DNA of 64,000 nucleotides, from positions 2,416-66,415 of IMG/VR virus record IMGVR_UViG_3300005293_000009; one strand, given 5' to 3'. The position numbers and the translations under genes are program-made. Under the pieces are notes generated by a model. That model ran no database searches and was not told the origin of the DNA. It saw only the letters and a program-made list of their open reading frames with translations. Position 1 is the first letter of the stretch. Every line of letters starts with the position of its first letter. Source of the DNA: a virus. Positions 19,607 to 29,491 of the stretch are shown in pieces.

Positions 19607-20535
19607 CCATCAAATTCACCGCCAAGCACAAGAGCGGTTTCAGCGTCCACTCTCAGCTTTCCGCGTTCCTCTTCCCCGATGGGGCGGCGCACATCAAGGG
19701 CGCTGACAACGAGGCGAACGAGGGCGAGTTCCTGTACGAGGTCGCGGACCTTCGCGGCTTCAGCCACACCGACCTCTTCACGCTAGCCATGTGGGCCAAC
19801 GCCTGCGACAACCGTGCCGTGGACAAGGTGCTCATCCTGCCGTACCTCCCCGGTGCGCGCATGGATCGTGGCAACCCGGAAGGTGCTGCCGTCTACTCGT
19901 GGTTCATCCTGAACGATGTCAACCCCCGCCAGATCATCACCATCGATCCGCACTCGGAGCGGGCACGGAACAATTTCTACGAGGTCTACGAGCGGGACGG
20001 TCGGCTGGACAAGTTCACCGTCTTCCCTGTGGAGCGCATCATCCGCAGGGGAGTGCAGGACGCCACCAGCGACTCCAAGCCGAACAACACCTACCAGGGT
20101 GTCATCGCCCCGGACAAGGGGGCTCACGACCGAGCAGCGCGTGCTGCGGAGGTCATGGGGGTTCCGGTCTACACCGGAGGCAAGACGCGCGACTTCGAAA
20201 CCGGCAAGATCACCGGCTTCCACATGGAGGACGAGCTTCCCGACGAGGGCCGCTTCCTCATTGTAGATGACATCTGTGACGGTGGCGGAACCTTCCTCGC
20301 TCTCGCTGAGGCTACGGGCCTTCCGAAGGAACGGCTGGACCTGTGGGTCACGCACGGCATCTTCTCGAAGGGGCTCAAGGAACTGCTGAACCATTTCGGA
20401 ACCATCCACACCACGGACTCGTACCTCGGCGGTGATGAGAATGACCCCATCCTCGCTCAGGTCATGATGAGCGGGGGGCGTGTCAAGATTCACCCCCTCA
20501 CACCCTACCTGTACCCGGAGATTAGCCCCGCCTAG
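19603..20535 (+). CDS. Ribose-phosphate pyrophosphokinase-like protein (possible ADPR-PP synthetase, NARP1 Adps-like)
   Basis: FPDG, PYLPGARMDR, IDPHS, IAPDKGA, IVDDICDGGGTF, VTHGIFS. Confidence 0.85.
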   Translation: MTIKFTAKHKSGFSVHSQLSAFLFPDGAAHIKGADNEANEGEFLYEVADLRGFSHTDLFTLAMWANACDNRAVDKVLILPYLPGARMDRGNPEGAAVYSWFILNDVNPRQIITIDPHSERARNNFYEVYERDGRLDKFTVFPVERIIRRGVQDATSDSKPNNTYQGVIAPDKGAHDRAARAAEVMGVPVYTGGKTRDFETGKITGFHMEDELPDEGRFLIVDDICDGGGTFLALAEATGLPKERLDLWVTHGIFSKGLKELLNHFGTIHTTDSYLGGDENDPILAQVMMSGGRVKIHPLTPYLYPEISPA

Positions 20536-20575
20536 GGGGTTGACAAACCTAACCAGAAAGACGTAGACTAAGAAC

Positions 20576-20992
20576 ATGAAAACACGCACAAAGATCACAG
20601 GCGTAGGCCTCGCGGCAGTCCTGGGCGTCTTCGCCCTCACCGGGGCCGCATGTGCCTCCGACGCCGACAAGGCTTCCGAGAACATCAGCACCGCCGCCGA
20701 AGCCTTCGAGGTCCAGCGTACGCTGGTCGCTACCAACGGCATCACCGGACAGGTCATGCTCTTCGCTGAGGGTCGCTGCTCGTTCGAGCACCCCAGCAAG
20801 ATTCGCATCGACATCACATGCAAGTACGGCCCGGATGAGTACCGCCGTCACACCTACATCAAGGGTGATCAGGATCAGGTCGTCATCAGCCAGGAAGAGT
20901 CCATCGATGTGAGCGAGTACCACTCGCGCATCGTCATCAAGCCGCAGAACGTCATCCCCGAGTTCGACATCATGGTGGGCGAGGACGAGTAG
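20576..20992 (+). CDS. Putative lipoprotein
   Basis: Basic N-terminus, hydrophobic stretch and lipobox-like GAAC. Confidence 0.65.
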   Translation: MKTRTKITGVGLAAVLGVFALTGAACASDADKASENISTAAEAFEVQRTLVATNGITGQVMLFAEGRCSFEHPSKIRIDITCKYGPDEYRRHTYIKGDQDQVVISQEESIDVSEYHSRIVIKPQNVIPEFDIMVGEDE

Positions 20993-21004
20993 TCCGACCC
21001 CTAA

Positions 21005-21034
21005 GTAGCCCCGGTCTTCGGATCGGGGCTACTT
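21005..21034 (+). terminator. Terminator hairpin
   Basis: AGTAGCCCCGGTC-TTCG-GATCGGGGCTACT. Confidence 0.75.
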
Positions 21035-21114
21035 CCATATCTGGACTTGACACCGATGCGATCATCGGTATAGACTGAGTACAGACCGAAAGACAATCAA
21101 CCAGAAAGGCTCGC

Positions 21115-22632
21115 ATGAGCAAGTTCGACCCCATCCAGGCACTCATCGATACCGATGCGTACAAGCTCGGGCATATCCACATGTACCCGGAGGGAACCAC
21201 GCGAGTCCTCTCCAACTTCACCGACCGAGGCTCTCGCATCCCGGACCTGACGCACACGGTCCACTTCGGACTTCAGGCGTTCCTCCACTCGTGGATCACC
21301 GACGCCTGGGCACCCTTCTTCGCGGCGGATGAGGATCAGGTCTGCGACCTGTACGAAGAGTTCACCACGTCTGTCATCGGGCCGAACACCATCGGCACGG
21401 ATCACATTCGTGCCCTGCATAAGCTCGGATACCTGCCGCTCCGCTTCCGCTCGCTGCCGGAAGGTAGCCGCGTCCCGATCCGGGTTCCGAAGTTCACGGT
21501 GGAGAACACCGTACCGGAATTCTTCTGGCTGACGAACTACATCGAGACGGCAATGTCCTCGGAAGTTTGGCAGATCGCCACGTCCGCCACCATCGCTGAC
21601 CGCTTCCGTAAGCTGCTCGATGAGTGGGCAATCAAGACGACCGGCTCGACCGAGGGTGTGCAGTGGCAGGGCCACGACTTCTCGTTCCGTGGCATGGCTG
21701 GCGTTCACGCCGCCGCGCTGTCGGGTATGGGGCACGCACTCAGCTTCACCGGCTCGGACAACCTCAACGTCATCCGCGCGGTGGACAACTACTACGGCCC
21801 TGCCGAGGGTCTGATCATCGGATCGGTCCCCGCTACAGAGCACTCGGTCGCTACCGCCTTCGGCCCTGCCGATGAGCTTGGATACTTCAACCGTATCCTG
21901 GACCAGAATCCCGCTGGCATCCTCTCGGCAGTCTCCGACTCGTACGACCTGTGGAATGTCCTCACCGATATCCTTCCGCAGATCAAGGACCGTATCCTCT
22001 CGCGTGACGGCAAGCTCGTCATCCGCCCGGACAGCGGCAACCCTGTGGATATCCTCACCGGCACTATCCAGAACACCGACCCGGAGTGGGGACGTTCAGT
22101 CAACACCCGCACGCCTGCCGAAGTCGGCACCGTGGAACTGCTGTGGGATGTCTTCGGCGGCACCGTCAACGAGCAGGGCTACAAGGTCCTGGACCCGCAC
22201 ATCGGCGTCATCTACGGTGACTCGATCACCTATGACCGCGCGCTGCAAATCTTCCAGCGGCTTGAAGCGAAGGGTTTCGCTTCGACCAATGTCGTGTTCG
22301 GCGTCGGCAGCTTCACCTACCAGTACCAGACTCGTGACACGTTCATGAGCGCCATGAAGGCGACCTGGGTACAGGTCAACGGTGAGGGTAAGGACATCTT
22401 CAAGGACCCGGCTACCGACAGCGGGACCAAGAAGTCGGCTCGCGGTCGGATCGCGGTCCTTCAGGATTCGACTGGCGACTACTTCCTGGTGGACAGCACG
22501 TCATCGCCCGACGCCTCCGAGATTGAGGGTGGAGATTTCGATCACCTGAATACTGTCTGGGAGGACGGTAAGTTCCTGGTCGAACACACCTTCGCTGAGG
22601 TCCGCGCACGTCTGGGGCATATCAATGGCTAA
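21115..22632 (+). CDS. Nicotinamide phosphoribosyltransferase-like protein (possible Namat)
   Basis: TDAYKLGH, HDFSFRG, PATEHSV, SDSYD, IRPDSG, IYGDSI, KKSARG. Confidence 0.9.
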   Translation: MSKFDPIQALIDTDAYKLGHIHMYPEGTTRVLSNFTDRGSRIPDLTHTVHFGLQAFLHSWITDAWAPFFAADEDQVCDLYEEFTTSVIGPNTIGTDHIRALHKLGYLPLRFRSLPEGSRVPIRVPKFTVENTVPEFFWLTNYIETAMSSEVWQIATSATIADRFRKLLDEWAIKTTGSTEGVQWQGHDFSFRGMAGVHAAALSGMGHALSFTGSDNLNVIRAVDNYYGPAEGLIIGSVPATEHSVATAFGPADELGYFNRILDQNPAGILSAVSDSYDLWNVLTDILPQIKDRILSRDGKLVIRPDSGNPVDILTGTIQNTDPEWGRSVNTRTPAEVGTVELLWDVFGGTVNEQGYKVLDPHIGVIYGDSITYDRALQIFQRLEAKGFASTNVVFGVGSFTYQYQTRDTFMSAMKATWVQVNGEGKDIFKDPATDSGTKKSARGRIAVLQDSTGDYFLVDSTSSPDASEIEGGDFDHLNTVWEDGKFLVEHTFAEVRARLGHING

Positions 22633-22993
22633 GACGAATTCGCTCAAGGAAGTTCCGTACGGTACAAAGCGGCTGAGGGTGGGGAAGGACCTTGTGGAGT
22701 ACCCTACCCTCCTGGAGTACACCTACGGCAGTCCGGAGTATCCCTCTGCGGGTGTCACCTACAAGGACAACCTGCCGTTCGAGGCCACGCTGAAGATCGT
22801 CTCTCTTGAGCGAGGACGTTCGGCGGCACGATTCTGGTTTCAAGATATTGATACCGGCACCTACTATCCGTTCTTCGGGCAGACCCTTGTTGATATGTTG
22901 GAGCGTACTGTGGCAGATCATGGTGTCGTTGAGGGCACCTGGATTGCCGTCAAGAAGGGTTCCAACTACGGCATCGAACTGTACACCCCCTGA
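22625..22993 (+). CDS. Hypothetical protein
   Basis: ORF overlapping the stop of the Nampt-like gene. Confidence 0.6.
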   Translation: MAKTNSLKEVPYGTKRLRVGKDLVEYPTLLEYTYGSPEYPSAGVTYKDNLPFEATLKIVSLERGRSAARFWFQDIDTGTYYPFFGQTLVDMLERTVADHGVVEGTWIAVKKGSNYGIELYTP

Positions 22994-23030
22994 GGTTGAC
23001 ACCGGTTACTGGAGACGCTAGGCTTTAATC

Positions 23031-24107
23031 ATGCGAAGACGACTTCGAATCTGGATTTACTGGCTGAGCGAGAACGCCGCAGCCGTCCGGGGGGATTTCC
23101 CCACAGCCCGCTATTACCTCGCCAGGAGAATAGAAGAGGAAAACAAGTGACACGTTTTGAAGTAGTCTTTGAGACCGCGCTCTACCGCTCGGTGTTCGTT
23201 GAGGCCGCTGACAGAGAAGAGGCGGAGACGCTGGCGGTGGAGAATCACTTCCCCGCCAGTGAGCTTCCGCTGCCTCCGGGGTACGATCTGAACCCCGACT
23301 GGTTTGTTGAAGGAACGGTGCGGGTGCGCGATGACGACTGACACCGAACTGCATTCGTCCGACGAGTGGTCGATTCTGCTCGATGTTCTCGTGGTCAATC
23401 CTGACGGATGGGATCGCTCGAACTTTGCACAGGACTGGGCTCGCCCCATTACCCGTCCGGAGTTCATCCGGAAGGTTGGGATGAGCACCATCGACATGAG
23501 AGGGCGGCGGGGCCGATGACTGATGAGAAGCCTGTAGCCCTCGGCTGGGTAGACGTGGACCAACTTGCCGCACGTATTGAGCGGGAAGTAGAGCCCTCAT
23601 TTCTGGAACTGGTTTACGGCAACCCCGCCAACACCAGAACCGTCGAGTCCCTGCTTCAAGAGGTTTACCGCCAGAGGGGGTGCCATGTCGGACGTAGGTG
23701 ACGTGAACCAGGCGCATACGCCTGGCAGCGGTGGCACCCTCGGAGACGAGCTTGAGACCTACCTGCTCGCTGCCCAGCGTGTCCATGAGGGCGGCACCAT
23801 GCTTGACCGTATGGTGTTCCAGTCGCTCCACAACGCGCAGAATGTGATCACCCTCGGCAAGATCATCACCGCTCTTGAGGAAGAGAATCGGACGCTGATG
23901 GAAATGCTGTACGGGGGACTTGACGGAATGGGTTGAGTGCGGTAGGCTTACTCCATGGCAACCAACGAGTTCAGGTCCAGTAACGGATTCACCGTCCGCA
24001 CCGTGGACTACCAACACATCTACATCGACAACGTGTACCTCAACCGCCCACACCTGGAGGCGCTTTTGGAGTACGCCGAATATCTGAGAGAGAATCCAAT
24101 CCGATGA
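23031..24107 (+). CDS. Run of six tiny hypothetical genes (23031-23150, 23147-23341, 23331-23519, 23516-23701, 23685-23936, 23955-24107)
   Basis: Tightly overlapping ORFs; leaderless promoters at 22996 and 23920. Confidence 0.55.
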
Positions 24108-25033
24108 GCATTCCCCACATCCCCACGCCGGTCTCTGGCGTCGTGCGATTCGTCAAGAACGATATCTTCATCGCGTTTGTGGTCGCAATCGTCCTGTCGG
24201 GGGCGACCTTCGCACTCGGCTTCGCGCTGCACTGGTTCCCGAACGGGGTCAACGGCTTCGAGGTTGCCGCCGCCACGCTGAACTACGGCGCGACCTACCT
24301 CAGCATCAAGCAGCGCCGGTTCGCCTACACCCTCGGCTTCGTGGCGTCTGCCTTCTGGGCGGTCGCGTACTACCAGTACAACCTGCTTGGCTCCGCGATC
24401 CTCTCGCTGTACCTTGTGGGTCAGCTTATCTATGGCTACTTCCGCTGGGGTCCTGACGGCAAGACGCGCCCGGTGCATAAGTTCCAGTGGAAGTGGGCGT
24501 GGGCCTATGCGCTCGCTACCGTGCTCACCTACGCGGGTGCGGTCGGTATCATTACCCTCTTCGGCGGCAGCTTCGCCTTCTGGGATGGTGCCATTCTGGT
24601 GCTGACTATCCTCGCGCAGTTCCTCCTGGACAACAAGGTGCTCTCGTCTTGGTACGTGTGGGGTGCCGTCAACGTGATCGGTGTCGTGCTCTACACTACG
24701 GCAGGCGCTCCGTTCGCTGCGGTCCAGCAGTTCATCTTCGGCGTGGCTAACATCTGGGGCTTCATTGCCTGGAAGAAGAGCATGGAAAATTCGGGTGAAA
24801 ATTTTTCTGAAAGGGCCATTTCAAAATCAGAGCCCAAAGAAGAATCTCGTCTAATGTTCATAGATGAATCAACGGGCGAGAGCCCTCTCGTCAAGCGTCT
24901 CGTGGGTGAGCAGTACAGCGGAAGCTCGAAGGTGGACGCCACATTCCACCCGCACACGTCTCTGTTCCTGATGAGCGGTGAGAAGCCGATCATCCGTGAC
25001 GCGACCACCGAAATCGATCAAATCAAGCCCTGA
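24104..25033 (+). CDS. pnuC: PnuC-family nicotinamide riboside transporter
   Basis: Multi-TM; YGYFRW, FWDG, AQFLLDNK...SWYVW; adjacent to nadR. Confidence 0.85.
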   Translation: MSIPHIPTPVSGVVRFVKNDIFIAFVVAIVLSGATFALGFALHWFPNGVNGFEVAAATLNYGATYLSIKQRRFAYTLGFVASAFWAVAYYQYNLLGSAILSLYLVGQLIYGYFRWGPDGKTRPVHKFQWKWAWAYALATVLTYAGAVGIITLFGGSFAFWDGAILVLTILAQFLLDNKVLSSWYVWGAVNVIGVVLYTTAGAPFAAVQQFIFGVANIWGFIAWKKSMENSGENFSERAISKSEPKEESRLMFIDESTGESPLVKRLVGEQYSGSSKVDATFHPHTSLFLMSGEKPIIRDATTEIDQIKP

Positions 25034-25070
25034 GCTTGACACACGAAGGGCCGTCAGGTAGGCTGAGAGC

Positions 25071-26120
25071 ATGACAAAAGCTTTCGTCCTCATGACCGCT
25101 CTCCCACCGACCTTTGGTCATCTGGACCTGATCCAGTTCGCCGGTAATCTGTTCGTGGACCAGGTGACTGTGTTGCTGAATACTGATCCTCGTGAGCCGC
25201 TGGCGAGAGAGCGCTACTACGCGCTGTCTCTGGCTGTCAACAAGCTTGCCCTTGGTGGGAAGATTCATGTGCTGTGGCAGAACGAAGAGGTCCAGCAGGA
25301 GCCTACCGACCCTGACGACCAAGCTTTCTGGGATGACTGGGTAGCTAACCTCGTCCGCTTCGGCTTCGAGCCGGGTGACTACATCGTAGCGTCTGAGCAG
25401 TACGGTGTGCGTCTGGCGGCGGAAGCTCGTGGGAGATTCATGCCTTACGACCGGGACCGCTGGGTGCGCTATACCAAGGGCACCAAGGCGCGTGAGGATT
25501 ACCTTCAGGAGTGGAGCAACATTCTCCCCGAGTTCCGTCACAACCTACAGAAGAAGGTGACAATCTTCGGTGCGGAATCCACCGGCAAGACGACACTGAC
25601 AGAATCGCTAGCTAGTGACGCATTCTTCGGGATGTCCACTAAGCTGTTCGAGTGGGCGCGTCCGTTCCTGGAAATGACCGGGCCGGAAGTTACTCGGGAA
25701 GGTATGTACCGAATTTGGGAGGGGCAGTATGCTCTCCAGGCTTCGACCTACGAGAATGCGCTGAAGCCGCTCGTGATTCAGGATACCGACCTCTTCACCA
25801 CCATCGGATTCTGGGAGGACTGGGAACCGGATACGGTGCCGCAGGGCATCTACCCGAGCGCTCGCGAAACGCAGAGCGACCTGTACATCCTGACAAAGAG
25901 CAACATCCCGTTCGAGCACGACATCCTGCGGTATGGGGGAGACGAGCGTCAGACGAGTGATGAGTACTGGCTTGACATCTGTGCGCGTCATGGGCTAAAC
26001 TACATAGTACTGGACGGTGACGATCCGAAGGAACGCCTCATGGAGGCTTCTGAAGCGATCTGGGACCTTCTGGAAGACAACCCCCTGACCTACAAGCGCA
26101 TCGGAGCAGAATATGCCTGA
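25071..26120 (+). CDS. nadR: NadR-like NMN adenylyltransferase / ribosylnicotinamide kinase
   Basis: PPTFGH (T/HxGH) NTase motif, ASEQYG, GAESTGKTT, EWAR, QDTD, DILRYGG. Confidence 0.85.
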   Translation: MTKAFVLMTALPPTFGHLDLIQFAGNLFVDQVTVLLNTDPREPLARERYYALSLAVNKLALGGKIHVLWQNEEVQQEPTDPDDQAFWDDWVANLVRFGFEPGDYIVASEQYGVRLAAEARGRFMPYDRDRWVRYTKGTKAREDYLQEWSNILPEFRHNLQKKVTIFGAESTGKTTLTESLASDAFFGMSTKLFEWARPFLEMTGPEVTREGMYRIWEGQYALQASTYENALKPLVIQDTDLFTTIGFWEDWEPDTVPQGIYPSARETQSDLYILTKSNIPFEHDILRYGGDERQTSDEYWLDICARHGLNYIVLDGDDPKERLMEASEAIWDLLEDNPLTYKRIGAEYA

Positions 26121-26517
26121 CACCATCACCATCACCGACCCCGGCTGGGACTGGGTATTTACCGCCTGGATTGTCGCGCTACCTGCGGCGGGGCTCCTGG
26201 TCGTGATCACTCTGCTGGCGCTCTCGTTCATCCTGCCGGGGCGGAGCAGACGGAAGGCGCTGCGAGGGGGTGCGAGTGCTATCGGATTCATCACCCTCAT
26301 CCTTGGCGCGTTTGCATTTCTCCTGATTGCGATGATCGGCAGCGATATATACGAGGACCGCATCTATGCGCTTCAGACGGAAGCGCTAGAAGACGCCGGA
26401 TTCGAGAAGGTGACGCTCACTTACGACAGATTCACCGCCAGCATGGAGGGGGACTACTTCTCCGGAGTCCTCGTGGAAACTGACACCCTCACCTACCAGA
26501 TTGTGGAAATCAAATGA
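26113..26517 (+). CDS. Membrane protein
   Basis: Two hydrophobic helices. Confidence 0.6.
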   Translation: MPDTITITDPGWDWVFTAWIVALPAAGLLVVITLLALSFILPGRSRRKALRGGASAIGFITLILGAFAFLLIAMIGSDIYEDRIYALQTEALEDAGFEKVTLTYDRFTASMEGDYFSGVLVETDTLTYQIVEIK

Positions 26518-27260
26518 TCACCTTCAAGAACGAGAAGCCTCTTAAAGAGTACGACGCAGTTTCGCTGGCAGAAATGCTGCGGGCGGATTTTGTAGAGAAG
26601 TATCCTGCACCGACCGTTCAGCGACTTCAGAATGCAATCCAGGTGGCGAGCTACCTGCACCGCAACGATGTGCGCAGGGGTGCGCGTAGCACGAGCGTGA
26701 GCCCGCCCTACATCGAGCACCCGCTCCGTGTGGCGCTTCGAGCGCTTCGCCGGTTCCAGGTGGCGGACCCTAACGTCATCATCGCTGCGGTCCTGCATGA
26801 CACGGTAGAGGACCACGCGCTTGACTTCGTGGACTTCGAGGGTGTGCGTGCCACGGACAAGGGGTACGAGGATCGAGTCGCCCTCGGGTATCTCTCGCAG
26901 CAGTTTGGGTTCGAGGTTGCGAAGTTCGTGGAACTTGTCTCAAACCCGCCGATCACACCCGGCACCCCGAAGGCGGAGAAGATCGCCGCATACCAGGCAC
27001 ATGTTGCCAAGGTGGTCAACCTCTCCAGCGAAGCGCTCATCATCAAGGTGAGTGACTTCATCGACAATGCTGGGTCGCTACACCACCACTACTCGTACGG
27101 CGACCCGAAGGTTGGGTATTTCCTGGACCGGTATGAGCCGCTTCTGGAGGTCTACCGAGGCGCACTCAACACCGGCAATCACGAGTTCTGGGTGGCTAAG
27201 GTGCGGGAACGTCTGGATGACGTGGAGAGCCAGTTCGACAAGTTCCGCTCTGTGGCTTGA
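26514..27260 (+). CDS. HD-domain hydrolase, SpoT/Mesh1 (small alarmone hydrolase)-like
   Basis: PYIEHPLRVA, AAVLHDTVED, IKVSDFIDN. Confidence 0.8.
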   Translation: MITFKNEKPLKEYDAVSLAEMLRADFVEKYPAPTVQRLQNAIQVASYLHRNDVRRGARSTSVSPPYIEHPLRVALRALRRFQVADPNVIIAAVLHDTVEDHALDFVDFEGVRATDKGYEDRVALGYLSQQFGFEVAKFVELVSNPPITPGTPKAEKIAAYQAHVAKVVNLSSEALIIKVSDFIDNAGSLHHHYSYGDPKVGYFLDRYEPLLEVYRGALNTGNHEFWVAKVRERLDDVESQFDKFRSVA

Positions 27261-27291
27261 CTTCCGTCTACCCCTACAGTAAGCTGAGAGC

Positions 27292-28026
27292 ATGACAAAC
27301 ATCAAGACCTACCTGGTCGGCGGCGCTGTGCGCGACGAACTGCTGGGCCTGCGGTCAAAGGACCTGGACTACGTGGTGGTGGTGGAAGATGCGCCTACCG
27401 TCGAGTGGGCCTGGACCGGGATGCGGGATTACCTGATCGACCAGGGCTTCAAGATTTTCCTGGAGACCCCCGAGTACTTCACGATCCGGGCGCGCTTCCC
27501 GAAGGGTCACGTCAACGAGAAGATCGTGGGTGACTTCGTGCTGGCTCGGAAGGACGGCCCCTACACGGATGGTCGCCGCCCGGACTGGGTTGAGGCAGGC
27601 ACCCTGGAGGATGATCTGCGGCGTCGAGACTTTACAGTCAACGCCCTGGCGAAGGCTGAGGATGGTTCGATCATCGACCTGTTCGGTGGTCAGGCTGATC
27701 TGGCGGATCGGCGTCTGCATGCGGTGGGAGACCCCCGAGAGCGGTTGACCGAGGATGCTCTGCGCGCCTTCCGTGCGGTTCGCTTCGCGATCACTAAGGG
27801 CTTCCACATCGATGACGAACTGTCGAACGCTATGCGTACGCTGCGTGTACTCGATGCGCTGGAACAGAACATTGCCGCCGAGCGAATCAAGGATGAACTG
27901 CACCGCTGCTTCGCCTTCGATACCGTGATGACAATCAGCTTCCTGACCCGCCACTTCCCAGCGTACCTGCCTATCATGCAGGCAAAGGGCATTTGGCTTC
28001 GTCCGACGATGGAGACCCCGAAGTGA
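27292..28026 (+). CDS. tRNA nucleotidyltransferase (class II CCA-adding/poly(A) polymerase family)
   Basis: YLVGGAVRD, KDLD, DLRRRDFTVNA, EDALRAFRAVRF, ERIKDEL. Confidence 0.9.
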   Translation: MTNIKTYLVGGAVRDELLGLRSKDLDYVVVVEDAPTVEWAWTGMRDYLIDQGFKIFLETPEYFTIRARFPKGHVNEKIVGDFVLARKDGPYTDGRRPDWVEAGTLEDDLRRRDFTVNALAKAEDGSIIDLFGGQADLADRRLHAVGDPRERLTEDALRAFRAVRFAITKGFHIDDELSNAMRTLRVLDALEQNIAAERIKDELHRCFAFDTVMTISFLTRHFPAYLPIMQAKGIWLRPTMETPK

Positions 28027-28583
28027 CCCACAGCGTGTACGTGTTTATGATGACGGTGCCTGAGGCGGACCTAGAGAAGAAGTCGCTGATGAAGCGATAC
28101 TGGGCTCTGGGTCTTTCTCAGGCGGTCAACCAGGCTGAGAGCAAAGGCTTCAACGTGATCAAGAGCGTTGAGCCTTCCTACCATGTGGGTCGGGACGTGG
28201 CGTATGACGAGGACGGCAATGTCGTTCGCGGAATGGCTGCGCTGTATGTCGAACTGATGGTGCGTGCGAAGGCTTGAAAAGAGCCTGAAATTATGGGGTA
28301 TAGTGCTCCCCTACAAATCACACTTTTTCTAGGAAAAAATTGACAGGAGAATCCAATGGCCGTATACCAGTCCGGTACAGAGCCTCTAGTGCGCCGAAGG
28401 ACCTATACGGAGCGTGTCCCGTACCACTGGTACGAGCAGATGTCTGAGGCGGGGATCGCTCGCTACATGCGAAAGCGGAACCATATTCCTCGGAAAGCAT
28501 CGCTCTCGATTGAGACGGATGGGTGGGACCCCAGCTTTCAGGTGTTCGGCTTCAGATGGTACGAAGTTGAAACGAATGCTTGA
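28023..28583 (+). CDS. Two hypothetical genes (28023-28277, 28356-28583)
   Basis: GTGA overlap; RBS AGGAG. Confidence 0.55.
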
Positions 28584-28645
28584 CTTCGGATACTCCTATA
28601 TACTAGAGTAGAGACATGGCGGATGGACCGCCCGAAAGGAACACA

Positions 28646-29431
28646 ATGAAGAAGCTTCTTCAGACTGCCGCTGGCATCGCACTGGGTGCGGGGCTCGTCG
28701 GTGCGTCTCTTGTCGCCGCTGCCCCCGCCAGTGCGGCCAAGCCTACCCCACCGCCCGCGCCGGTCTGCTATGAGACTGCCTGGACGATTGAGAATCGTAT
28801 TCTCATCGACCCAGGAACCCCTACCGTAGCGGACGACTACGTAGAGATTGGTGAGTACGTTGTCTCACCGGGCTCTTTCGTAGAGGCTGAACAGGGCGGT
28901 GTTTATCTTTCGTCGTCCTCATCCTGGACGGGCGGTAACATCTTTGGCACCCAGGCGGTAAACTACGACGCCCCCTTCTCGGAGGCTGTTAGCGACGAGC
29001 CTCAGACGTATTTTACCCCGAACTACGTGGATCACACCTATCAGTACCCTTCGCCTCTCGGTCAGATTGGCGTAGACCTGGACAACAACGGGGACGCTGA
29101 AACTACACTCACGTTCGATACGTTCGATACGTGGGCCGGAATCTCGGCGGCTAACCCCGAGGCTCGCATCAAGTCTGTGGGGTTTGTCCTCTCAGGGTTC
29201 AGTGAGGGCTGGCTGTCTCATAGCACAGTCGGGGAGAACATCTTCCCCTGGTTCTACTTCGTCAAGGGCTATTGGGGTAAGGACGCTATTTACGAGTGGG
29301 TGCCCGCTGGCACCGGGCATGGCAAGACTGTCCCCGCCAACACGGCTGACATTCGCTACACGGTAACAGGGCAGGTTGAAGTTGCTTGTCCCTACACCCC
29401 GCCTACGAAGCCCGGTAAGGGCAATAAGTAG
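28646..29431 (+). CDS. Secreted protein (alternative start 28616)
   Basis: Signal peptide MKKLLQTAAG...APASA; Pro-rich linker. Confidence 0.65.
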   Translation: MKKLLQTAAGIALGAGLVGASLVAAAPASAAKPTPPPAPVCYETAWTIENRILIDPGTPTVADDYVEIGEYVVSPGSFVEAEQGGVYLSSSSSWTGGNIFGTQAVNYDAPFSEAVSDEPQTYFTPNYVDHTYQYPSPLGQIGVDLDNNGDAETTLTFDTFDTWAGISAANPEARIKSVGFVLSGFSEGWLSHSTVGENIFPWFYFVKGYWGKDAIYEWVPAGTGHGKTVPANTADIRYTVTGQVEVACPYTPPTKPGKGNK

Positions 29432-29438
29432 TCACACG

Positions 29439-29476
29439 AAGACCCCCCGTCTGTTCTTGACAGGCGGGGGTTTTCT
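29439..29476 (+). terminator. Terminator whose 3' arm carries the -35 of the next promoter
   Basis: AAGACCCCCCGTCTG...TTGACAGGCGGGGGTTTT. Confidence 0.7.
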
Positions 29477-29491
29477 GTGTAGGCTGTAGGT

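Noticed and set aside
12890-20823. Long minus-strand ORFs (e.g. 12890-13831, 14948-16153, 16499-17611, 19783-20823)
   Set aside because: These are antisense shadows of well-supported + strand genes with strong GC3 codon bias; they have no motifs or RBS.
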